Below, piece by piece: positions 18,045 to 26,768 of a DNA stretch of 49,323 bases (position 1 is the stretch's first letter; each line of letters starts with the position of its first letter). Position numbers and translations under genes: made by a program. The notes beneath the pieces are model-generated. The model ran no database searches, was not told the DNA's origin, and saw only the letters and a list, made by a program, of their open reading frames with translations. The DNA comes from Thermoplasmata archaeon (lineage in GTDB: Archaea > Thermoplasmatota > Thermoplasmata > Lutacidiplasmatales > UBA184), in NCBI GenBank assembly GCA_021791335.1, contig JAJYWS010000023.1, forward strand, positions 1 to 49,323, in the 5' to 3' direction.

Positions 18045-18179
18045 GACGGGATCACCGTGCTTCTCCGAACGTAACCCCTTTGGTACCCCCTTCTGGGTCC
18101 AACCCCTTCGGGTGAGGCTGCCCGACTCCACCATGGGCTAGCTCGACACCCCTAAATGCGATTGCCGCATGGCCGGCGC

Positions 18180-18389
18180 ATGCCACCCAACTGTCCGGTC
18201 TGTGGCCACGAAGTGGCCGCGGAGGAGCTCCATGAACACCTCCTCACACGCCACAAGAACTCAGTCACACCCGAAATCGAGGAGATGCGGGCGAGGACCG
18301 CCGGCCAACTGAACTGTCCGATCTGCCACCAGAAAATCGGTACCGCCGAAGAGGTGAGTCAGCACATCCAGCAGCGCCACCGCCTGTAG
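18180..18389 (+). CDS. Small protein with two C2H2 zinc fingers
   Basis: CPVC-x-HLLTRH and CPIC-x-HIQQRH. Confidence 0.75.
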   Translation: MPPNCPVCGHEVAAEELHEHLLTRHKNSVTPEIEEMRARTAGQLNCPICHQKIGTAEEVSQHIQQRHRL

Positions 18390-18399
18390 CGGACGCGCT

Positions 18400-18759
18400 T
18401 CAGGCGTAGTGGCTCAGGCTGGACCGCTCCCGGCGGCTGGGGTCCGAGCTTCCCTGGGACTCTTCCCGGCGCCGTTCCCGCTCGCACTCCTCCTCGGTGA
18501 CCCAGTCAAATTGGATCTCCTCGGGGTGGTCGTGGGCCACGTAGGCGCCCGCCTCGAAGGCGCTCGCCAGGAGCTCCTCGAAGTTCTCCGCTTCGCTCCC
18601 CTCCAGTCGGCCGGCGAGCCGCCAGAACCAGTCCGGGGCTTTCCCCGCCGACTGCAGGTACTCCGTGATCAGGTCGTGGACGCTCGCGCGTCGGTCGCTC
18701 AGGTGAACGTGGAGGTGCTTCGAGGGATCGGGGGCTTCCGGAGATGCAGGCGGTGCCAT
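18400..18759 (-). CDS. Hypothetical acidic protein
   Basis: Protein-like 119-aa frame from ATG 18759; TTAAG element upstream on the minus strand. Confidence 0.6.
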   Translation of the reverse strand: MAPPASPEAPDPSKHLHVHLSDRRASVHDLITEYLQSAGKAPDWFWRLAGRLEGSEAENFEELLASAFEAGAYVAHDHPEEIQFDWVTEEECERERRREESQGSSDPSRRERSSLSHYA

Positions 18760-18845
18760 CGAGCCATGAAGGCGTCCTCCGCACTTAACGGTTCGGCCGA
18801 ACCGGGGCCGATAGCTTTTGAGCCGGGGGGATGTAGGGGAATCCG

Positions 18846-19265
18846 ATGTACCGGCCGACCGCCTCTCCCCCCTCGCCGAGCGTTCCGCCTCCTCCCCCGC
18901 CCCCCTCCGACCCATCATCGACCGACAGCATGGGCGCCAGCACGTCGAGTCCCCGATACGTCTACCTGGTCACCCGGCTTCGGACCCGAAAGATCACGAT
19001 GGAGGAAGCGACCGAACTTTTCGGTCTCATGAACGCCCTGGTTCGGGACGCCCAGGCCCGCGCGGCGCCGGCGGTTTCGAGCACTCCCACGGTTCCTGCT
19101 CTTCCGGGCTCCCAACCCCCCCCGGCCGCGCCGTCCCTCTGGAACGATGACAATCTCGGGTTCGCCCTGCTCTTCTTGGGCGCCGGCGCCGGCCTGTTGG
19201 CCGCGGGCGCGAAGAAGATCCGGGCCGACCAGGGTCCCGGCCGCGATTCCCCGCCGTCGCCCTAA
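18846..19265 (+). CDS. Hypothetical protein with C-terminal TM helix, upstream of mre11
   Basis: Helical core RYVYLVTRLRTRKITMEEATELF plus a hydrophobic segment; alternative start 18930. Confidence 0.65.
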   Translation: MYRPTASPPSPSVPPPPPPPSDPSSTDSMGASTSSPRYVYLVTRLRTRKITMEEATELFGLMNALVRDAQARAAPAVSSTPTVPALPGSQPPPAAPSLWNDDNLGFALLFLGAGAGLLAAGAKKIRADQGPGRDSPPSP

Positions 19266-19273
19266 GGTCCGTG

Positions 19274-20548
19274 ATGGCCCGGGACCGATTCCGATTTGCC
19301 CATCTGGCCGACGCCCATATCGGCGCCTGGGCCCGAGAACCGGAGGTACGCGCCGAACTCCGGGCCACGGTCCTGCGGGCGCTCGAGACGGTGGAGGAGC
19401 GGGAGTGCGACTTCCTGCTGATCTCGGGGGACCTCTTTCACGTCCCAGTCCCGGATCCGGGCGAAGCGGAGCCGCTGGCCCGGGCCTTGAAACGGCTCAC
19501 CGACTCCGGACGGCGGATCTACGCCATCTACGGTTCCCATGACTATGTGGCCCACCGCATTAGCTGGCTGGATGTCCTCGCGGCGTCCGGGGTCTTCATC
19601 AAGGTGGCCCCGGAAGAGGTCCGGGCCGAAGGGCAACGCTGGACGCTGCCCTACGTGACCGACCCACCGACCGGCGTGCGGATTGCCGGGGTCAGCGGGC
19701 GGTCCCACGGCTACGACCGGAGCCACTTCTTGGACATGGACGCGACCGAGTTTCTCTCCGGCGACGCGTTCCGGATCTTCCAGTTTCATGCGGCCATCGA
19801 CGATTACCTGCCGGAGGGGCTGCGGGAGCACCTCCACGGGATCCGGGCCGCCGACCTTCCGGCGGGGTGCGACTACTATGCGGGGGGCCACGTCCACCAG
19901 ACCTACCAAGGGGAGGGTCCCGGAGGAGGACTCCTCATCAATCCCGGGGCGGTCTTCGGGACCAGCCGGACCGATATCGAGGCCATCGTGCACCACCGGA
20001 CGGTGGCCGGACTGTCGCTCGTGGAGGTGGACGGCCGGAAGATCCGCCAGGAGATGGTCTCGGTGGTCCGGGCCGACCGGCTCCACATCATCGACGTGGA
20101 GGCCGACCGGCGGACCGCCGCCGAGGTGGCGCGGGAGGTCTCCGAAGGGATCGCGAGGGCCCAGGACCCGACCGGACTCTACTTTCCCCGGATCCGCGGG
20201 AAGCTGGACGAGTCGGACCTAATGTCGGCCGGCCTCCCGGCCCTGGTCCGGGAGCTGGGGGCAGGGCCGGGGGCGGTCGTCCTCGACCTCTCCGAGATGG
20301 ACGCCCCCGCCAACGGGCCCAGCCTGCCCACCAGCGAGACCGAACTGGAGCGCAGCGTCTTCGGTCGGCTGCTGGCCGAACATCCTCCGGACGGCACCGA
20401 GTTGTCGACCCCGGAGGCGCTCGAGACATTGCGTCAGCTCCTTCGGGAGCTCGGGCTTCCGCCGTCGGAAGGCGAAAGCCGTCGGGACTACGAGGGGGCC
20501 CGGATCCGGGAGGCGATCCGCCTCCTCCGGCTGCCGGCCGAGGAGTGA
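19274..20548 (+). CDS. mre11: DNA double-strand break repair nuclease Mre11
   Basis: FAHLADAHIG, ISGDLFH, GSHD, FHAAI, YYAGGHVH, NPG phosphoesterase motifs. Confidence 0.92.
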   Translation: MARDRFRFAHLADAHIGAWAREPEVRAELRATVLRALETVEERECDFLLISGDLFHVPVPDPGEAEPLARALKRLTDSGRRIYAIYGSHDYVAHRISWLDVLAASGVFIKVAPEEVRAEGQRWTLPYVTDPPTGVRIAGVSGRSHGYDRSHFLDMDATEFLSGDAFRIFQFHAAIDDYLPEGLREHLHGIRAADLPAGCDYYAGGHVHQTYQGEGPGGGLLINPGAVFGTSRTDIEAIVHHRTVAGLSLVEVDGRKIRQEMVSVVRADRLHIIDVEADRRTAAEVAREVSEGIARAQDPTGLYFPRIRGKLDESDLMSAGLPALVRELGAGPGAVVLDLSEMDAPANGPSLPTSETELERSVFGRLLAEHPPDGTELSTPEALETLRQLLRELGLPPSEGESRRDYEGARIREAIRLLRLPAEE

Positions 20549-20551
20549 TCG

Positions 20552-23137
20552 TTGGAGATCCGTCGCCTCAAGGTCCGCAACATCCGCAGCTACGCGGCGG
20601 CCGAACTGACCTTCCCGAGCGGCACCACCTTCCTCTCGGGCGATGTGGGGGCCGGCAAGACCTCCCTGCTCCAGGCCATCGAGATGGCCCTCTTCGGCTT
20701 TGCGGAGGTCGAAGCCGAGCACCTCGTGCGCCACCACGCCGCCCAGGCCGAGGTGGCCCTCTCCTTTGAGGGGGAGGGCCACACCTACGAGATCGTCCGC
20801 CGGTTCCGGCGCGTGGTCCGCCGGGGCCGGACGATCTTCGAGCTCGAACGGAGCAGCTTTGCGGTCGACGGAGCGACCGCGCAGTACTCCCAGACCGAAC
20901 TTCGCCAGCGGGTCATCGAGCTGCTGGGGTTTCCGGACAACCCCAATCCCCGGGTCCCCTCCAACCTGTGGAGATGGGCGGTGTACGTCCCCCAGGAACG
21001 GATGCGGGAGGTGCTGGGTCAAACGCCCGAAGATCGGCGGGAAACGATCCGTCGGGCCCTCGGCCTGGACCGGTACCGGACCGCGGCCGACAACACCCAG
21101 CTGCTCGCCACCGAGCTGCGCCGGCGCTCGGCCGACCTGACCCGGAGCGCCGATGCGATGGGAACGCCGGATCGGCGGATCCAGGAGCTCGACGTGGAGA
21201 TCCCCGCCCTGACCCGGGCCGGGGCCCAGCACTCAGAGCGGCTCCGGGTGGAGGAACTTCGCGTCCGGGAGCTTTCGGAGGCCGTACGGCTCGGTCAGGA
21301 GGCCCTGAGCCGGTTTGCCGCCGACCGGCGGGAGCAGGCCCAGACCAAGCAGGGCATCGAGCAGACCCGACGTGAGCTCTCCGACATCGAGGAGCAACTG
21401 AGGGAGGGCGCCGCACGACGGGTCGCCTTTGTCGCCCAACTATCGGACGCCCAGCGGCGATCGGAGGCCCGCCAATCCAAGGAAGAGGAACTGCAGCGAC
21501 TCGAGCATGAGCTCAGTGCCGCCCGACAACGTCAGGAGGCCCTCCAGCTCTCGCTGCGCGAACTCGCCTCGCTCCGATCCCAGGCGAAGGAGTTGGCGGG
21601 GCAGCTTAACCGAACCGAGCGGCTCCTCAACGCGGAGCGTTCGCGGCTCGACCAAGGAAGGCGTCAGTTGGCCCGCTATGACGGGCCGGACGCGGTCGCC
21701 GAGCCTGCCGGGCCCGAACCGATGCCCCTCGAAGCGATCGAGCACCGGCTCGCGGCGGCGCGGGCGATCGAGATCGAGTGCCGGGAGGGGGAGGTTCAAG
21801 CCCGTCAGACCCTTCAGGAACTGGATACGCTCCTGAGCGCGGGGACCTGCCCCCGCTGCGGCCAGCCGGTCCGGCCCGAGGAGTTTGCGGAGCACCGGGC
21901 CTCCGCGGACCAAGAACTCCACCGGCGAGCCACCGCCACCCGGGTTGCGCAGGAGGAGGTGGCCCGGCTGGAATCGGCCCGGGGCGCCCGGACGGTCTAC
22001 GAGCAGGACCGGGAGCGGTACCGGGCCTTCCGCACCCAGCGGGAGGCGGCCGCCCAGGCGGTCCGGGAGTCCGCCGACCGGGTGGAGGAGCTGGAGCGGG
22101 AGTACGACCCGGTGAAGGCTCGGACGGCCGAAGTCCAGCTTCGACTCCAGGAGCTGGCCCCCGCGGAACCGGAGGACGCGGAGGTCCGCCGGGCGCTGGA
22201 TCAGATCGAGGGCCGAAGAGGAACGGTGCGGACGGCACTCGACCGGGCGCAACGCGCCGAACAGGAGGTCACCCGCCTTGCCGGCGCCCTCGAGGGGCTG
22301 GACGGTCAGGTCCGGATCTGGAGCGAAACCGCCGCCGCCCGACAGGCCGCCCTCGAGGAGGCGGAGCGGCGTCTCACCCGCTTGGAGTCCGCCCTGGCCG
22401 AGGAGCCGGCGGTCCGGCAGGCGCTGGAGTCGATGACCCGGGACCTCGATCTGACCCGGGACCGGACCGTTCAACTCCGTGAGGAGCTTGCACGGACCGA
22501 CACTCAACTCACGCAGGCGAAAGCCGAACGGGACGCCGCTGTCGCGACCGCCCGCCGTCAGCAGGAGTACCGTACGATCGCCGGCCGGCGTCGTCTGAGC
22601 GCCGAGTGGGTCGGCGGCCCCTTGCGCGACGCCCTCCTGGAGATGGAGGCGACCTTGCTCCGGCAGAGTGAGCTCGAGTTCCAGCACCACTTCGGGCGGT
22701 ACTTTTCTGCCCTCGTTGAGGACCCGGCCATCGTCGCGCGGATCGACCCGGGATTCACCCCGCACGTGCTCCTCAACGGGGTGTGGACCCCTCCGGAGGC
22801 GCTCAGCGGAGGCGAGCGGACCTCCCTGGCGCTCGCGTTCCGGCTCGCCCTGGGGGCGGTGGTCCGTTCACTCCGGACCCTCCGGTTGGGTTGTCTCATC
22901 CTGGATGAACCCACCGACGGATTTTCGGAGGCGCAGGTCCAGCGGATGACCGATCTCCTGGACCGGCTGGAGATCCCCCAGATCCTGCTGGTGAGCCACG
23001 AGGAGGGCCTCGCCCGGACCGCCCGCAAGGTCTTCTACATCCGCAAGCGGCAAGGCGTCTCCCACGTGGAGACGGCGCGCGAAGGCGCCGGTGCGGAGAC
23101 CCCGCTCCCCGGCGTTCAAACCCCGGGCGTCGAGTGA
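20552..23137 (+). CDS. rad50: DNA double-strand break repair ATPase Rad50
   Basis: NIRSY, Walker A GDVGAGKT, Q-loop VPQE, coiled coil with CPRC zinc hook, LSGGE, LILDEPT, VSH. Confidence 0.93.
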   Translation: MEIRRLKVRNIRSYAAAELTFPSGTTFLSGDVGAGKTSLLQAIEMALFGFAEVEAEHLVRHHAAQAEVALSFEGEGHTYEIVRRFRRVVRRGRTIFELERSSFAVDGATAQYSQTELRQRVIELLGFPDNPNPRVPSNLWRWAVYVPQERMREVLGQTPEDRRETIRRALGLDRYRTAADNTQLLATELRRRSADLTRSADAMGTPDRRIQELDVEIPALTRAGAQHSERLRVEELRVRELSEAVRLGQEALSRFAADRREQAQTKQGIEQTRRELSDIEEQLREGAARRVAFVAQLSDAQRRSEARQSKEEELQRLEHELSAARQRQEALQLSLRELASLRSQAKELAGQLNRTERLLNAERSRLDQGRRQLARYDGPDAVAEPAGPEPMPLEAIEHRLAAARAIEIECREGEVQARQTLQELDTLLSAGTCPRCGQPVRPEEFAEHRASADQELHRRATATRVAQEEVARLESARGARTVYEQDRERYRAFRTQREAAAQAVRESADRVEELEREYDPVKARTAEVQLRLQELAPAEPEDAEVRRALDQIEGRRGTVRTALDRAQRAEQEVTRLAGALEGLDGQVRIWSETAAARQAALEEAERRLTRLESALAEEPAVRQALESMTRDLDLTRDRTVQLREELARTDTQLTQAKAERDAAVATARRQQEYRTIAGRRRLSAEWVGGPLRDALLEMEATLLRQSELEFQHHFGRYFSALVEDPAIVARIDPGFTPHVLLNGVWTPPEALSGGERTSLALAFRLALGAVVRSLRTLRLGCLILDEPTDGFSEAQVQRMTDLLDRLEIPQILLVSHEEGLARTARKVFYIRKRQGVSHVETAREGAGAETPLPGVQTPGVE

Positions 23138-23168
23138 CGGCCGGGGGGCCGGCCCAGCCCGATCCGGG

Positions 23169-24599
23169 TCAGCGCGGAGGACCGCGGCGCTGGCCGGTCA
23201 ACAAGGGGGTCGCCACCTCCTGATGGAAGCGGTCGGCCGCCCGCTCGAGACGGTCCACCACCCGGTCGGAGAGCTTTTGGCGGCTCCGCCGCAGGGCGGC
23301 ATCGAGACGGAACCGGGCCTGCTCCCAACGATACAGGTACTCCGGATACGCCGCCTCATAGAGGAGCGTCGTTCCCCCCCTCCGCGGGGCGGCCCGCCGG
23401 TGGAGGAGGCGGTCCTTCACCCGCTCGTGGAACGCGGTCCCGGGCACCGGGACGGCGATCGAGACCGAGTACTCTTCGGGGCTGAATCGCCGGAAGAGCC
23501 GGATCGTCGCCTCGATGTCCTCGAGGGTCTCGCCCGGATAGCCGAGCATCAGGAACCAGTACTGACGGATCCCCTCCCGGCGGAGGACCGAGGCCGCACT
23601 CTCGATCTGGGTGAGCCGGGTGCCGCGGTTCATGAGGTCCAACATCCGCTGGCTGCCCGACTCGACTCCGACGTAGACCCGGGAGAGCCCGGCCTCCCGC
23701 ATCCGGGCGAGCAGGTCCGGCTTCAGGAGGTCGACCCGGGCCAGGCATTCGAAGCGGAGGCCGGGAAGCTCCCGGATGAGTCCGTCGAGCAGCCGCTCCA
23801 GCCAGCGCCGATCGATGCCGAACACATCGTCACAGAACCGTACATAGTTCACCCCGTAGCGGTCCCGGAGATCGCGGATCTCCGCGAGGACCCGCTCGGG
23901 AGACTGCTGGCGGAAGGTCGTCCCGAAGGTGGGTTTGGAACACCACGAGCAGTGAAACGGGCATCCCCGGGAGGTGAGCACCGCGGTCCGGCGCTCTCCG
24001 GTCCGGCGCTCCCAGTCGGACAGGTACGCCTCCATGTCGATGAGGTCCCAAGCGGGGAAGGGGAGGGCGTCGAGATCCTTGAGGAACGGCCGGGGCGGGC
24101 CCCGGACCACCCGGCCCTCCCGGAGCACCGAGATCCCCGGGACTCCCGATGGATCGGCGCCCTCGGAGAGCCTCCGGACCACGTCCACGAGCACCTCCTC
24201 GCCTTCGCCCTGGACGACGGCGTCGAAGCCCCCTCGAAGGTAGTGCTCCGGTCGACTCGCGGCATCGGGTCCCCCGGCCAGCAGAAAGGCGCCCGAGTTC
24301 CGGGCCCGCTCGGCGATCTCGAGCGAACGGGCCGCGGTGAGCGTCTTGGTGTGGATCCCGATGACCCCCGGGCGGAACGACCGCAGGGCCGTGTCGATCG
24401 CGGCAAGACTCCGGGAAAACGTGAGGTCGACGACCGCCACCTCGATCCCCTTCGCCCGGGCGAACCCCGCCAGTTGGAGAATGCCCAAGGAAGGGTACCG
24501 TTCCACCTCCTTGCGATCCATCGGATCGTCCTGGGCCCGGTACGGGTCGACGAGGAGGACCCGGGGCAGCGTCGGCCGGGAAGAAGCGGAGCCGGTCAC
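23169..24599 (-). CDS. Cobalamin-binding radical SAM protein (class B-like)
   Basis: YPSLGIL, AGGPDA, GEGE, TSRGCPFHCSWC, GVESGS, LGYPGET; GTG start overlaps the ferredoxin stop. Confidence 0.9.
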   Translation of the reverse strand: MTGSASSRPTLPRVLLVDPYRAQDDPMDRKEVERYPSLGILQLAGFARAKGIEVAVVDLTFSRSLAAIDTALRSFRPGVIGIHTKTLTAARSLEIAERARNSGAFLLAGGPDAASRPEHYLRGGFDAVVQGEGEEVLVDVVRRLSEGADPSGVPGISVLREGRVVRGPPRPFLKDLDALPFPAWDLIDMEAYLSDWERRTGERRTAVLTSRGCPFHCSWCSKPTFGTTFRQQSPERVLAEIRDLRDRYGVNYVRFCDDVFGIDRRWLERLLDGLIRELPGLRFECLARVDLLKPDLLARMREAGLSRVYVGVESGSQRMLDLMNRGTRLTQIESAASVLRREGIRQYWFLMLGYPGETLEDIEATIRLFRRFSPEEYSVSIAVPVPGTAFHERVKDRLLHRRAAPRRGGTTLLYEAAYPEYLYRWEQARFRLDAALRRSRQKLSDRVVDRLERAADRFHQEVATPLLTGQRRGPPR

Positions 24600-24799
24600 G
24601 GGTGTCTCGAGCGAAGGCGGCTGTTCGGTCGGGCGCCCGAAATCGCCCCGACCGGACAGAACGGTACGCACCATCCGCACTCCGTACAGTGCGGCAGCAC
24701 CTCCAGCTTCTGGGGGGTCAGTTCCAAGGCGTTCGGTGGACAGACCCCGGTGCACAGACCGCAGAGTACGCAACTGGTTTCGTCAATCGTGACGACCAC
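24596..24799 (-). CDS. 2x[4Fe-4S] ferredoxin
   Basis: CVLCGLCTGVCP and CTECGWCVPFCP. Confidence 0.9.
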   Translation of the reverse strand: MVVTIDETSCVLCGLCTGVCPPNALELTPQKLEVLPHCTECGWCVPFCPVGAISGARPNSRLRSRHP

Positions 24800-24817
24800 G
24801 GTTTCCCCCGGCCCCGG

Positions 24818-25216
24818 CTACCGGGCGGGCCCGGCCGGTGGGTGGGTCTGAGCCAGGGCTTTCCCCAATGCGGAAAAGCCGGTGAGGGCGCACTTGATCC
24901 GGACGGGAGAGAGCGAGATGCCCAAGAGGGCCACGACCTCCTCCTGGGTCAGGTGCTGGACCTCGGAGAGCGGACGGCCCCGGATCCGTTCGGTCAGCAT
25001 CGAGGCCGACGCCATGCTGATGGCACAACCATCACCGGTGAACCGGACCTCCTCGACCGCCTCTCCGGACGTGCTCAGCTTGAGTTGAACGGTGATGTGG
25101 TCCCCGCAGAGCGGGTTGGATTCCTCCCCGACGGCGCTCGGCGAGTCGAGCGGCCCAAAGTTGCGCGGAGAGCGGTAATGCTGCAGAATCCGCTCCTGGT
25201 ACATGTCATACGCCAT
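24818..25216 (-). CDS. sufU: SufU/IscU-type Fe-S scaffold or sulfur-transfer protein
   Basis: HYRSPRN, NPLCGD, GCAISMAS, RIKCA. Confidence 0.9.
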   Translation of the reverse strand: MAYDMYQERILQHYRSPRNFGPLDSPSAVGEESNPLCGDHITVQLKLSTSGEAVEEVRFTGDGCAISMASASMLTERIRGRPLSEVQHLTQEEVVALLGISLSPVRIKCALTGFSALGKALAQTHPPAGPAR

Positions 25217-25321
25217 CGATTCGTCCCCGCTCCAAGGACGTACTCGGCCACGGTATAAAGCCCGCGCGACCTCGCGGGCCGAGACCGACGCTCGACGGAG
25301 CCACGGTTCGGTCGGAACACC

Positions 25322-25347
25322 TTATAAATACACCGGGGTGTGTAAAT
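25322..25347 (+). promoter_or_regulatory. Putative SufR operator overlapping the sufD TATA box
   Basis: TTATAAATACACCGGGGTGTGTAAAT; aligns with sites upstream of sufB and sufC/sufR. Confidence 0.6.
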
Positions 25348-25350
25348 GCC

Positions 25351-26709
25351 ATGGCGCTCGCATCCGCCGAGGCATCGCCGACCCCCAGTTCTGATCACGT
25401 GGCCCGCATGTCGGAGCTGCTGGGGGATGCTCCGGAGCGCCGCTCGGAACGGCTCCGGGATCTTCGGCTTGCCGAGGAGTTGCCGATCGAACCCAATCCG
25501 CTCTACCGCAAGTACGGCTACTTTGCCGGCGTCGACCTGGCCCATTTGGATCTCGCCCGAGTCGGAAGTCCGGTCGCGGTTCCCTCCCCCCTTCCCGGAG
25601 CCATCCAACTGGTCCACGACATCTCCGGCCTCCGGGTCCACCTCCCCCCGGAATTGGAGCGGCTGGGCGTCCAACTGGCCTCCCCGATTCCTTCGTCGGC
25701 CGGCCGGACCCCCGCCGAAGATCGGCTCTCGGCGCTCGCCCAGGCCCTCGTCAACCGCAGCTACCGGCTGACCCTCCCGGACGGGCTCCCGACCCCGGTG
25801 CGGGTCCAGGAGATCTCCGTCCTCTCCGAGCCGGATCAGTCGCTGAGCATCGACCGAGAGATCCGGGTGGGCGCCGAGAGCCAGGTCCTCTTCACCGAGG
25901 AGATCTTCAGCCGTCCGGCGGGCGCCCACCAGAGGTTCTTGGGGTCGGCGACCCGGTGGGACCTGGGACTCGATGCGAAGGCCGTGCATCTGACCGTCCA
26001 TGCGCCCGACTCGTCGGTCGTCTCGGTCTATCGCCGGGACGCCGTCGCCGGTGAACGGGCCCGGCTCGCCTGGATCTACGCCGGCCTGGGGGGATTCCGC
26101 ACCAAGATCCGCAACCGGACGCGGCTCCAAGGCACCGGCGCCGCCGTGGACGACCTCCAGACGTTCTTTGGCGCCGGCCAGCAGTCCTACGACAGCGCGA
26201 TCGACATGACGCATCAGGGGACCGACACCCACGGCCGCTCGATCACCCGGGGCGTTTTCCGGGATGAGGCCCGGGGCATGAGCCGGGGGTTGGTCCGGAT
26301 CGAAGCCGAAGCCCGCAAGACGGTGAGCTTCATCTCGGAGCACGCGATGCTCCTGTCGAAGGGCGCGCGCTCCGACACGATCCCGATCCTGGAGATCCTC
26401 TGCCGAGACGTGAAGGCGACCCACTCCACCTCCGTGGCGCCGGTCGACCCCGAACGGGTCTTCTACCTGGAGTCCCGGGGCCACCCGACCTCCAGCGCGA
26501 TCCGGATGATCGGGGAGGGATTCCTGGCGTATGTCCTGGAGCACGCCCCGATCGCTTCCCTGCGCGACCTGCTCTACCCGACCCTCTCGCGCCGCTGGGA
26601 CGGCGAGAGCATTGCGTGGGGCCCCCGAGAGTTCCCGACGCTCCCGGAACTGTCGGTGGTCGGGACCGAAACCGACCCGGAGTGGCGGTTCGACGCCAAA
26701 CTGAGATAG
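25351..26709 (+). CDS. sufD: Fe-S cluster assembly protein SufD
   Basis: Beta-helix repeats; MLLSKGARSDTIPILEI...DVKATHS; FYLESRG. Confidence 0.9.
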   Translation: MALASAEASPTPSSDHVARMSELLGDAPERRSERLRDLRLAEELPIEPNPLYRKYGYFAGVDLAHLDLARVGSPVAVPSPLPGAIQLVHDISGLRVHLPPELERLGVQLASPIPSSAGRTPAEDRLSALAQALVNRSYRLTLPDGLPTPVRVQEISVLSEPDQSLSIDREIRVGAESQVLFTEEIFSRPAGAHQRFLGSATRWDLGLDAKAVHLTVHAPDSSVVSVYRRDAVAGERARLAWIYAGLGGFRTKIRNRTRLQGTGAAVDDLQTFFGAGQQSYDSAIDMTHQGTDTHGRSITRGVFRDEARGMSRGLVRIEAEARKTVSFISEHAMLLSKGARSDTIPILEILCRDVKATHSTSVAPVDPERVFYLESRGHPTSSAIRMIGEGFLAYVLEHAPIASLRDLLYPTLSRRWDGESIAWGPREFPTLPELSVVGTETDPEWRFDAKLR

Positions 26710-26768
26710 TCGGCCGTCGATCCGACGACGCTTCAAGACCGACCCGGCCCGGGAGTGGGCCGGTCCGT

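Noticed and set aside
26741-26765. GC hairpin between convergent sufD and sufB as a terminator
   Set aside because: No oligo-T tract on either strand, and short GC stems are common by chance at this composition
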